Shown here in pieces: positions 8,409 through 17,017 of a DNA stretch of 64,000 bases. The notes below the pieces were generated by a model that was not told the origin of the DNA, searched no databases, and saw only the letters and a program-made list of their open reading frames with translations. Source of the stretch: Candidatus Aminicenantes bacterium (GTDB lineage: Bacteria > Acidobacteriota > Aminicenantia > Aminicenantales > Aminicenantaceae); NCBI GenBank assembly GCA_011772475.1, contig WVZK01000185.1, positions 60,648-124,647 of the forward strand, written 5' to 3'. Numbering within the stretch: the stretch's first letter is position 1; each line of letters starts with the position of its first letter. Both the position numbers and the translations under genes were made by a program.

Positions 8409-9989
8409 ATGGCCTATACAAAACTTAATAGAAGTGCTGCCACTTTAACCAAGAACAGAACCGAGGGGTCGATTAGTCCCTTCAGCGGAATGTGTGTGAC
8501 CTGTGTGGATGGCTGCATCGGGATGTGTGAGATAGGAAAATCTGCCTATAGAGGCCATGAAGTGCTCTATCCCCAGCCTTTCGGTATCATCACTGCAGCC
8601 TCGGAAAAAGACTATCCTGTGGACCTTTCTCATTTCACCATCATGGGGACAGCGGTCGGAGCTTATGGGATAGAAGCTGACAGCGATAAAGCCACGTTCC
8701 CTAAGGTTACCGTCGAGACCGCGGTCGGGCATGATAAGGGAATTAAATTAAAAATTCCTTTTATTATTTCAGGTATGGGGTCCACTAATGTGGCCAAACA
8801 AAACTGGCAAGGATTGGCTATCGGAGCAGCCCTTTCCGGAACAATTCTTACGGTGGGTGAAAACGTCTGTGCCATGGACGATGAATCTGAGATAAAGAAC
8901 GGTAGAATTATCCACTCTCCCGATATGGAAAACAGAATAAAGCTTTTTCAAGCCTGGCAAGAGAAGAACTACGGAACAGTTGCTGTCCAGGCCAACGTTG
9001 AAGATACAAGATTGGGTGTCCAGGAATATGTTATAGAAAAGCTTGGAGTCATAGCTGCTGAACTAAAATGGGGCCAGGGAGCTAAGAATATAGGAGGGGA
9101 AGTTAAGATCAAAAGCCTAAAAAAAGCCCAAGAATTGAGGAAAAAAGGCTACATCGTTCTTCCTGATCCTGAGGAACCCGAGGTGATTAAAGCCTTCGAA
9201 AAAGGCAGCTTCAAAGAGTTCGAAAGACACTCTCGATTAGGCATGGTTGAGGAAGAAAGCTTTATGAAAAGAGTCGAGGAACTGAGAAAAGCAGGGGCAA
9301 AATATGTATTCCTCAAGACTGGAGCTTACAGGCCTGCAGATTTGGCCCGTGCAGTTAAATTCGCCTCAAAAGCAAAAATCGACCTGCTCACAGTTGATGG
9401 AGCAGGAGGAGGAACAGGAATGAGCCCCTGGCGGATGATGAACGAATGGGGCATTCCGAGCGTTGAAATATGGTCACTTCTTTATCAGTATCTGCGCAAG
9501 CTCGATGAAAATGGAGAATATATACCTGACACTGTAGCAGCGGGAGGGGTCACTTTCGAAGACCAAATTTACAAGGCTCTAGCCTTAGGAGCTCCGTATT
9601 TTAAAGCAGTAGGTATGGCCAGATCTCCTCTTGCAGCTGCAATGGTCGGAAAAACCATAGGTAAGAGAATCGAGGAAGGACAGATTCCTGTTTATGTTGA
9701 GCGGTTTGGAGACACGACCGAGGAAATATTCGTAACTGCTACAGAATTAAAGACAAAGTATAAAGAAAAATTCAAAAAAATCCCTCCAGGCGCTATCGGA
9801 GTCTACACCTATTTTGAAAGGCTCAGCCAGGGCTTGCGGCAGCTCATGGCAGGAAACAGAAAGTTTGCCCTAGAATACATCACCCGTGATGACATCGCCG
9901 CTTTAACCAAAGATGCAGCAAACATCAGCGATATTCCTTACATCCTGGATGTTGACAAGGAAGAAGTCGAAAAAATACTGAAAAGCTGA
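8409..9989 (+). CDS. Stand-alone glutamate synthase (GltB) FMN-binding-domain-like oxidoreductase with an N-terminal Cys cluster
   Basis: LKWGQGAKNIGGEVK and TVDGAGGGTGMSPW match GltS FMN-domain signatures. N-terminal CVTCVDGCIGMC. RBS AAGGAGG upstream. Confidence 0.8.
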   Translation: MAYTKLNRSAATLTKNRTEGSISPFSGMCVTCVDGCIGMCEIGKSAYRGHEVLYPQPFGIITAASEKDYPVDLSHFTIMGTAVGAYGIEADSDKATFPKVTVETAVGHDKGIKLKIPFIISGMGSTNVAKQNWQGLAIGAALSGTILTVGENVCAMDDESEIKNGRIIHSPDMENRIKLFQAWQEKNYGTVAVQANVEDTRLGVQEYVIEKLGVIAAELKWGQGAKNIGGEVKIKSLKKAQELRKKGYIVLPDPEEPEVIKAFEKGSFKEFERHSRLGMVEEESFMKRVEELRKAGAKYVFLKTGAYRPADLARAVKFASKAKIDLLTVDGAGGGTGMSPWRMMNEWGIPSVEIWSLLYQYLRKLDENGEYIPDTVAAGGVTFEDQIYKALALGAPYFKAVGMARSPLAAAMVGKTIGKRIEEGQIPVYVERFGDTTEEIFVTATELKTKYKEKFKKIPPGAIGVYTYFERLSQGLRQLMAGNRKFALEYITRDDIAALTKDAANISDIPYILDVDKEEVEKILKS

Positions 9990-10027
9990 TTTTAGAGCTG
10001 ATCGAAGGGGATAAGCAACCATCATTA

Positions 10028-10141
10028 AAATGGCGCTTGTCCCCTTTTTTTAAATGGGGCCAGGCCCCATTTTTTTTCGCCTTCTTTTCATCACTTTAGA
10101 ATAAATGTAATAGGCCAATAAATGGGGCCTGGCCCCATTTA
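10028..10141. repeat. Cluster of three GC-rich palindromic repeats (degenerate copy at 10032-10044; GGGGCCAGGCCCC at 10056-10068; GGGGCCTGGCCCC at 10124-10136)
   Basis: AAATGGGGCCAGGCCCCATTT and TAAATGGGGCCTGGCCCCATTTA are perfect palindromes. The first two are followed by T-tracts after the stop at 9989, so they probably also act as an intrinsic terminator. Confidence 0.8.
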
Positions 10142-10219
10142 TTTGGCCCTGTTTGTTCCAAATAAACTGAAATGCTTTACCCTTTATGTATGTTATGCTA
10201 TAAATAGCTCTGGCTTAAA

Positions 10220-10900
10220 ATGGAAATTATAATAAAAATAATCGCTTACTTTATCCTGCTTTTTGCCATCACAATTCATGAGTCTGCCCACGGCTGGGCT
10301 GCGCTAAAGTTTGGAGATCCCACAGCTTACCATATGGGTAGAATCACTCTCAATCCCATACCACACATCGACCCTATCGGCACGGTCATACTCCCCCTTA
10401 TCATGATGATAACAAGCATCCCTTTTATAGGCTGGGCCAAGCCAGTCCCGGTCAATCCTCTCAATTTGAGGAACCCGCGCCGCGACAACCTCTGGATATC
10501 AGCCGCTGGACCTGTCTCTAACTTGACAGCAGCCGTAGTCTTTTTAATCGGGATCGTTATCCTGAAGTTCCTTAATCCCAACATAGTGTACTTTCTCAGG
10601 TCTTTCATTTTCGCCCAAACGGGTTTTGCTGGTGGATTTCATCCGTTAGGTGGGCTGGCCTTGATCTTATTTTATGGCGCCCTTATCAACACACTCCTGG
10701 CAATTTTTAATATGATACCTATTCCACCTCTGGATGGAGGAGGAGTCCTGATGGGCCTTCTCTCTGATGAAGCCGCAGAAAAATACGATAGAATCCGCCC
10801 CTATGGATTCCTTATTATTCTTGGATTGCTTTTTATCGGGTTTCTTAACCTCATTTTTAGACCCATCTATATATTAATAGCGACTATTGCCGTGGCCTAA
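10220..10900 (+). CDS. M50 (site-2 protease) family membrane metalloprotease
   Basis: HESAHG (HExxH) in the first TM segment, later NMIPIPPLDGG (NxxPxxxLDG), and multiple hydrophobic segments. Confidence 0.75.
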   Translation: MEIIIKIIAYFILLFAITIHESAHGWAALKFGDPTAYHMGRITLNPIPHIDPIGTVILPLIMMITSIPFIGWAKPVPVNPLNLRNPRRDNLWISAAGPVSNLTAAVVFLIGIVILKFLNPNIVYFLRSFIFAQTGFAGGFHPLGGLALILFYGALINTLLAIFNMIPIPPLDGGGVLMGLLSDEAAEKYDRIRPYGFLIILGLLFIGFLNLIFRPIYILIATIAVA

Positions 10901-10901
10901 A

Positions 10902-11894
10902 ATGGGAGAAAAAAAGAAAAAAGTTGTTCTCAGCGGAATGAGACCCACAGGACCTCTCCACCTTGGGCATCTAGCTGGGGCACTGCGCAACTGGATAAAA
11001 TTCCAGGAGCAATACAAGTGCTACTACACTATTGTCACCTGGCACGCCCTCAGCTCTGAATACCAGGATTCAAAAGTCATTAAAGACTTTACTTTTGAGG
11101 TGGCTGTGGATTGGTTGAGCTCAGGATTAGACCCGAAAAAAAGCGTCCTGTTCGTCCAGTCAGACATCAAAGAGCATGCTGAGCTCCATCTGCTCCTTTC
11201 GATGGTTATCCCCCTTCCCCGGCTGCAAAGAGTTCCCACATTCAAAGAGATGCAGAAGGAACTTCCGGATAAAGACCTGAACACCTACGGATTCCTCGGG
11301 TATCCTGTGCTTCAAGCAGCTGATATCCTTATCTATAAGGCAGATGCCGTGCCCGTTGGCGAAGACCAGGCCTCTCATCTTGAATTTGCCCGAGAGGTGA
11401 CAAGACGATTCAATCGCCTTTTCGGCAACATATTTCCCGAGCCTCAAACCTTTCTTACAGAAGTCCCCAAGCTGGCCGGAACAGATGGGCGCAAAATGAG
11501 CAAATCCTACGGGAATGCGATTTTGCTCAAAGACTCTCCGGAAGTAATGCGAAAAAAAATATCAACCATGAAGACTGATATCAGACGCAAACGCAGGACA
11601 GACCCTGGAGTTCCAGAAGACTGCCCCGTCTTTACTCTTCACAAGGCCTTTGTAGCAAAAAAACAAAGAGAGGAATTGGCCCAGGGATGTCGAACAGCCG
11701 GAATAGGTTGTCTGGAATGCAAAAATGTGGTCATCGAAAGCCTCCTCAACCTTCTTACCCCCTACAGGGAAAAAAGGGATAAATTCGAAAAAAAACCTCA
11801 GCTTGTTTGGGAAATCCTTGAAGAAGGTAATGATAAAGCAAGAAGAGTAGCCCAAAAGACGATGGAAGAAGTAAGATCTGCCATAGGTCTATAA
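10902..11894 (+). CDS. trpS: Tryptophan--tRNA ligase
   Basis: GMRPTGPLHLGHL (HIGH region) and KMSKS. Size about 330 aa. The ATG at 10902 is preferred over the TTG at 10887, which overlaps the upstream gene. Confidence 0.9.
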   Translation: MGEKKKKVVLSGMRPTGPLHLGHLAGALRNWIKFQEQYKCYYTIVTWHALSSEYQDSKVIKDFTFEVAVDWLSSGLDPKKSVLFVQSDIKEHAELHLLLSMVIPLPRLQRVPTFKEMQKELPDKDLNTYGFLGYPVLQAADILIYKADAVPVGEDQASHLEFAREVTRRFNRLFGNIFPEPQTFLTEVPKLAGTDGRKMSKSYGNAILLKDSPEVMRKKISTMKTDIRRKRRTDPGVPEDCPVFTLHKAFVAKKQREELAQGCRTAGIGCLECKNVVIESLLNLLTPYREKRDKFEKKPQLVWEILEEGNDKARRVAQKTMEEVRSAIGL

Positions 11895-11910
11895 AAAATA
11901 ATCTATTTCT

Positions 11911-12648
11911 ATGGACGCCTCTGCAATATACCAGGTAAAGTTAGAAGTTTTCGAAGGCCCTCTTGACCTCCTCCTGTTTCTGATTAAGAAGAAAAAAATT
12001 GATATCAACGATATTCCCATGGCCACCATAACCAAAGAATATTTGGAATACCTTAATCATAAGGAAAAGATAAATCTCGACCGGGAAGCTGAATTTCTGT
12101 TGATAGCTTCGCTGCTTATATATATCAAATCTCAGATGCTTCTCCCGAGAGAAAAAGTTTTAGACGAAGAAAAAGATCCCCGACAAATCCTAGTGGACCA
12201 GCTTCTTGATTATCAAAAAATAAAAGCAGCCAGTCTTCTTCTAAGAAAAAAGGAAGAAGATGAACTCCAGAAATGGAAAAGAACAGCTCTCCCCTCTCAG
12301 TTTCAAGAAGAAGAGACTGATTTCATGGAAGTCTCTCTTTTTGACCTTGCTGAATCCTTTTTTTCTCTCATGCAGAAAAAAGAGAAAAAAAAGATAAGAA
12401 CCATAAAAGGGAAAGAATTTTCCTTAGAAGAAAAAATGAAGGAAATCATGGCTATCTTGAAGGGCAACTTATTTATAGATTTTTTGGATTATTTTAGCCA
12501 GCAGGAATCTTTTGAAGAAGCTTTTGTCTCTTTTCTCAGCCTTCTTGAACTTATCAAGTCCAGGATAGTCATTGCCACCCAAAAAGGCCCTTTCCAACCG
12601 ATTAAGGTAATGATTCGCCAAGAAGCTTATGTGAAGAGAAAACCATGA
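11911..12648 (+). CDS. scpA: Segregation and condensation protein A
   Basis: N-terminal FEGPLDLLLFLIKKKKIDINDIP signature, followed by scpB with a 4-nt overlap. Confidence 0.85.
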   Translation: MDASAIYQVKLEVFEGPLDLLLFLIKKKKIDINDIPMATITKEYLEYLNHKEKINLDREAEFLLIASLLIYIKSQMLLPREKVLDEEKDPRQILVDQLLDYQKIKAASLLLRKKEEDELQKWKRTALPSQFQEEETDFMEVSLFDLAESFFSLMQKKEKKKIRTIKGKEFSLEEKMKEIMAILKGNLFIDFLDYFSQQESFEEAFVSFLSLLELIKSRIVIATQKGPFQPIKVMIRQEAYVKRKP

Positions 12649-13211
12649 AAAACCGCCTGAAGGAAGTCATCGAATCTTTGATCTTTATCTCTCTTGAACC
12701 GCTGACATTGGAGAAAATAAAAAATGTCCTTCAGGAATATCCAGAAGAGGAGGTTGAGCTGGCCATCAAAGAGCTTCTTGAAAGCTATGTCACAAATGAA
12801 AGGGGAATCCAAATCATCCAATCTGCAGGCGGGTATCTTTTCTCGACAAGCCCTGAGCATGATTTATGGATAAAGCGTCTTTTCAAGATGGAAAGAAAAG
12901 CCAAATTATCTTCTGCGGCTTTAGAGACTTTGTCAGCTATCGCTTACCACCAGCCTGCAACTCTGGCTGAAATATCGGCCATGAGAGGAGTAGACTCCAC
13001 CCATACCCTCAAAACTCTTCTCCAGAAAAAACTGATCAAAATCGTAGGAAGAAAAAAGAGTCCTGGCAGTCCCTTAATATACAGGACAACCGATAAATTC
13101 TTAGCATATTTTGGACTTACCGATATCAAGGATCTCCCATCTCCAGAGGAGATTTCGAAAATCTTAGAGAAGGAGAAAGATATTGAGGAAGAAGAAAGTT
13201 CTGTTCATTAA
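12645..13211 (+). CDS. scpB: Segregation and condensation protein B
   Basis: IESLIFISLEPLTLEKI and LETLSAIAYHQPATLAEISAMRGV winged-helix signatures. Conserved scpA-scpB gene order. Confidence 0.85.
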   Translation: MKNRLKEVIESLIFISLEPLTLEKIKNVLQEYPEEEVELAIKELLESYVTNERGIQIIQSAGGYLFSTSPEHDLWIKRLFKMERKAKLSSAALETLSAIAYHQPATLAEISAMRGVDSTHTLKTLLQKKLIKIVGRKKSPGSPLIYRTTDKFLAYFGLTDIKDLPSPEEISKILEKEKDIEEEESSVH

Positions 13212-14910
13212 TAATCCAATCCTTTCTCTTATCACATCCTTATTACTTGTATTTTCCTTTTATTGTCGGCCTAAAGAAATAAAAATCCTGGAGCCTCCCT
13301 CGGACCGCCATCAGCCTTACAACTTTGTCGGGCAAAAAGGGATGGTCGTTGCTGCCCACCACTTAGCCGCAAAGGCGGGCTTGGAGATGTTAAAAATAGG
13401 AGGAAACGCCATCGATGCAGCAGTGACAACAGCGTTTGCCTTGAATGCTAGTGAACCTTTTGCTTCCGGAATCGCGGGCGGAGGGTTTATGGTCATCTAC
13501 GTTGCTTCAGAAAAAAGAATAACTGTCGTGGATTTCAGGGAAAAAGCCCCGCAAGAGATTCCTAAGGAAATATTCAACGATGAAGGCAAAATAGAGCCCA
13601 ACGGGCTGGCCGTTGCTGTCCCTAGCGCCCTGGCTGGATGGATTTATTCTCTCAAAAAATACGGGACAAAAAACCTAGCCGATGTTACGCAAGAGGCCAT
13701 TAAGATCGCAGAGAACGGATTCAACGTGAGTCAAACCTTCAGCCGTATCAATAAAGATCAATACGAAAAAATTATCACGAATGCAGGAGAGGAAACTTGC
13801 TATCTGAATAAAGGATTTCCCTATGAGCCTGGAGACCTATTCCGTAATCCAGAGTTGGCCAGAACCTTAAAACTTATTGTCTCTAAGGGAATAGATGAAT
13901 TTTATAAGGGGGAGTTAGCCAAGAAAATTGTAAAGGCGGTGAAGGAAAAGGGTGGAGTAATGAGCCTCAAAGATTTAGCTCTTTATAAGCCGGTTGAACA
14001 TCCCCCGTTAAAGGGAAATTACAAAGATTACACACTTTTTTCGATACCACCTCCAAGTTCTGGAGGAGTGCACATTATTCAGCTCCTCAATATCATTGAG
14101 AATTGGCCAGTCAAAAAATGGGGCCCTAACTCGCCCGCTTATATCCACCATCTCTGTGAAGCTCTTCGCTTTGTTTTTGCCGATAGGTCAAGATATCTTG
14201 GTGATCCTAATTTTACAGAAGTACCTATCGAGAAACTTATTTCCAAAAAACATGCTAAACAGATTGTTTCTCAAATAAAGCCAGACAGTACTCTCGATTT
14301 TTATCCTTTCGGAAAATTCGAGGATAAAGTTGAAGAAAGTGGAAATACCTCTCATATATGCGTTATTGATGAACAGGGAAACATTGTATCCTTAACTCAC
14401 AGCATTAATCATTTTTTTGGTTCAGGAATTGTTCCTGAAAACACAGGCTTTCTACTGAATAACATTATGTACGATTTCTCCAGTGACCTCAACTCACCTA
14501 ATGCGCTGCGTCCTTACAGCCGACCTTTAAGCTCTATGAGCCCTCTTATTATGTTTAAGAAAGACAAGCCGTATCTTATTCTGGGCTCACCAGGAGGCAC
14601 CAGAATTTTTTCCTCACTTACTCAGATAATTATCAATATCATTGATTTCGACATGTCCATAGATGAGGCGATTGAAGCCCCCCGCTTTTTCACCTATTCC
14701 TCCCAGGGAAAGCCGCGCAGCGTCTCTCTTGAATCGCGCTTCTCCGAAAAGACCATTGAAGCTCTAAAAAACTTGGGACATAGTGTAAGAATAAGGGAAG
14801 CTTTTGACAAATACTTCGGAGGCGCTCAGGGAATATTAATCCTAAAAGATAAAAAAGTGATTTTGGGTGGAGCTGATTCGCGAAGGGACGGACATGGCGA
14901 AGGATATTAA
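13183..14910 (+). CDS. ggt: Gamma-glutamyltranspeptidase (secreted or lipoprotein precursor)
   Basis: GGGFMVIY, the autoprocessing/nucleophile region NTSHICVID, and GSPGGTRI. TTG start with AAGGAG 7 nt upstream. The RKKK + hydrophobic + Cys N-terminus indicates export. Confidence 0.9.
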   Translation: MRKKKVLFINNPILSLITSLLLVFSFYCRPKEIKILEPPSDRHQPYNFVGQKGMVVAAHHLAAKAGLEMLKIGGNAIDAAVTTAFALNASEPFASGIAGGGFMVIYVASEKRITVVDFREKAPQEIPKEIFNDEGKIEPNGLAVAVPSALAGWIYSLKKYGTKNLADVTQEAIKIAENGFNVSQTFSRINKDQYEKIITNAGEETCYLNKGFPYEPGDLFRNPELARTLKLIVSKGIDEFYKGELAKKIVKAVKEKGGVMSLKDLALYKPVEHPPLKGNYKDYTLFSIPPPSSGGVHIIQLLNIIENWPVKKWGPNSPAYIHHLCEALRFVFADRSRYLGDPNFTEVPIEKLISKKHAKQIVSQIKPDSTLDFYPFGKFEDKVEESGNTSHICVIDEQGNIVSLTHSINHFFGSGIVPENTGFLLNNIMYDFSSDLNSPNALRPYSRPLSSMSPLIMFKKDKPYLILGSPGGTRIFSSLTQIIINIIDFDMSIDEAIEAPRFFTYSSQGKPRSVSLESRFSEKTIEALKNLGHSVRIREAFDKYFGGAQGILILKDKKVILGGADSRRDGHGEGY

Positions 14911-14934
14911 TCATGTATTAATAAGGATAAAATT

Positions 14935-15498
14935 ATGAAAAAAATCACTCTCGCGACTTTATTTCTTATCGTTCTCTTTAGCCCTGTCATATTAGCTCAA
15001 GACGGGGAAGAATCTGCTCCTCCGCCTTTTGAACAGCCACTGCTGATCACTTCTGCCGGCCAGAATGCCGAAATCCTGATGGCTTCGGTCCTGGCAAAAA
15101 GAGCAGGGCTCGACTCCAAGCTATCAAAAATTGCTTCTCCCAAGGATTTAGAGAACATGAAAACCGTTGTCCTGGTCTTAGGGGCGAGCTCGAAAGGCCT
15201 CGGAGCAGCAGGGCTGGATTTGGCCAAAGAAAAGGAAAGGGTTAATCTGCTGGTTGAAGAAGCTCAAAAGAAAAACATTCCCCTGCTTTGCCTCCATCTG
15301 GGCGGAGAAGCAAGAAGAGGCCCGCTTTCAGATGAGCTGATATCTGCTTTTCTTCCTTTCGCCAAAATGGCCATCGTGGTTAAGTCAGGAAATAAAGACG
15401 GATTTATATCCGGGATTTGTGAGAAGTACAACATCGCGATTGTCGAAATTGAAAAAACAGCAGATGTACTTACTCCTTTAAAAGAAGCGTTTAAATAA
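14935..15498 (+). CDS. Secreted protein of unknown function
   Basis: Clear signal peptide (MKKITLATLFLIVLFSPVILAQ). The rest has an alpha/beta-like pattern with no motif I recognise. Confidence 0.5.
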   Translation: MKKITLATLFLIVLFSPVILAQDGEESAPPPFEQPLLITSAGQNAEILMASVLAKRAGLDSKLSKIASPKDLENMKTVVLVLGASSKGLGAAGLDLAKEKERVNLLVEEAQKKNIPLLCLHLGGEARRGPLSDELISAFLPFAKMAIVVKSGNKDGFISGICEKYNIAIVEIEKTADVLTPLKEAFK

Positions 15499-15644
15499 GA
15501 AAAGACTTTCTTCTGTAAGCTTGCTCAAAAGGATAAAAGAAGTATAAGAAATTCAACGGGCAGAGCTAAAAGGAGATAACTTTAAGTAAAGGGATTTAAT
15601 TTCTTTAATGATTTTGCTTTAGTATTTTTATTTTTCTAATAAGG

Positions 15645-15732
15645 AAAAAGGGGACAGGCCCCTTTTTTGTAAGAAACAGGATATTCTCAACTTGCAGACA
15701 CAACGTCAGAAAAAGGGGCCTGTCCCCATAAT
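15645..15732 (+). repeat. 78-nt composite repeat element bounded by the perfect inverted 13-mers GGGGACAGGCCCC and GGGGCCTGTCCCC (copy A, 15650-15727)
   Basis: Gap-free alignment with copy B at 48481-48558 gives 64/78 identical by hand count. Degenerate copy C is at 23033-23109. Confidence 0.85.
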
Positions 15733-15739
15733 ATAAAAA

Positions 15740-17008
15740 ATGCCAGAATACCTCATTTTCTTTTCTATGGTGGCGATCTTTGCCCTATTGGCGATGATAC
15801 TGAAGCTGCCCATAGGTGTTTCCCTTGCCTTTTCTGCCCTAGCCGGCTCCCTCCTAGGAGGAGAAGGGATAGGTCTGCGTCATCTGATAGAAGGAAGTTT
15901 TGGCTATTTTGATACTATTCTTATTATCGTCACGGCCATGATATTTATGAAAGTGCTTCAGGCATCAGGTATTCTGGATACTATCACATCTCTTTTGTTG
16001 AGAACATTCTACAAGAAAAAATCCGCTCTCTTGCTGACTGCTATGTTTTTAGTCATGTTCCCAGGAATGATCACAGGTTCCTCGACGACCGCAGTGCTTA
16101 GCACAGGAGCTCTCGTTGCTCCGGTTCTAATTAAAATGGGGCTTTCCAAGGTCAAAACAGCAGCACTGATTGCCATGGGAGGAATTCTGGGTATGATTGC
16201 CCCGCCCGTAAATATCCTGGTGATGATCATGGGAGCAGGAGTTGATATGCCCTATGTGGGTCTCACTATTCCCCTTCTGATCATCGTCGTCCCCCTTGCT
16301 ATCGTCATTTCTCTTTGGCTGGGATACAGAGATATCAAAATCATCGAATATGAAAAAATGAAAGCCGTACTTCCTCCATCTTATCACAAACAATATGGTT
16401 TTCGGTTGTATCTCCCCCTGATCGTGGTCCTTGTTTTGATGCTCGGACAAAGTGTCCTACCAAAAATCATGCCAGATATAGGCATACCTGCTATCTTTCT
16501 TGTGGGAAGCCTTATAGGTCTTGGCTGCGGCAGACCTTTTAATTTTTTCAAGGCCACTCAGAAAGCAATAAAAGAATCTACACCCATTCTCTGTATCCTG
16601 GTGGGTGTAGGCATGTTCATCCAGATCATGACCTTAACAGGTGCACGGGGCTGGATCGTGATCTCCTTTCTTTCTCTTCCTTCTATCTTCCTCTATCTTG
16701 GAATTGCTACCAGCATGCCTTTATTTGGGGCTGTCTCTGCTTTTGGATCTGCATCCATCCTTGGAGTTCCGTTTATACTCGCCCTTGTTGAAAAAAATGC
16801 TATTCTTACCTCCTCTGCCTTATCAGCTGTGGCTGGATTAGGCGATCTGATGCCGCCCACGGCTTTGGCTGGTATCTTTGCTGCTCAGGTTGTTGGTGAA
16901 CCCAACTATTTCAAGGTTATCCGCCATTGCCTCATGCCCGCCCTTTTTGAGCTTGTAATGGGAGTGGGTGTATTAATTCTCACTCCTTTATTGGATAAAC
17001 TGATTTAG
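15740..17008 (+). CDS. DctM-like large permease (TRAP-type / ion-transporter superfamily), with no DctP or DctQ partner nearby
   Basis: 422 aa and about 12 hydrophobic segments. ITGSSTTAVLSTGALVAPVLIKMG and GMIAPPVNILVMI resemble DctM signatures. Confidence 0.6.
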   Translation: MPEYLIFFSMVAIFALLAMILKLPIGVSLAFSALAGSLLGGEGIGLRHLIEGSFGYFDTILIIVTAMIFMKVLQASGILDTITSLLLRTFYKKKSALLLTAMFLVMFPGMITGSSTTAVLSTGALVAPVLIKMGLSKVKTAALIAMGGILGMIAPPVNILVMIMGAGVDMPYVGLTIPLLIIVVPLAIVISLWLGYRDIKIIEYEKMKAVLPPSYHKQYGFRLYLPLIVVLVLMLGQSVLPKIMPDIGIPAIFLVGSLIGLGCGRPFNFFKATQKAIKESTPILCILVGVGMFIQIMTLTGARGWIVISFLSLPSIFLYLGIATSMPLFGAVSAFGSASILGVPFILALVEKNAILTSSALSAVAGLGDLMPPTALAGIFAAQVVGEPNYFKVIRHCLMPALFELVMGVGVLILTPLLDKLI

Positions 17009-17017
17009 AGGTCTTTA

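Noticed and set aside
10054-10228. Mini-ORFs beginning ATGGGGCC... (MGPGP...) created at several repeat copies
   Set aside because: The ATG is part of the palindrome AAATGGGGCC itself and appears on both strands. The downstream frames are unrelated in sequence and length, and there is no consistent RBS.
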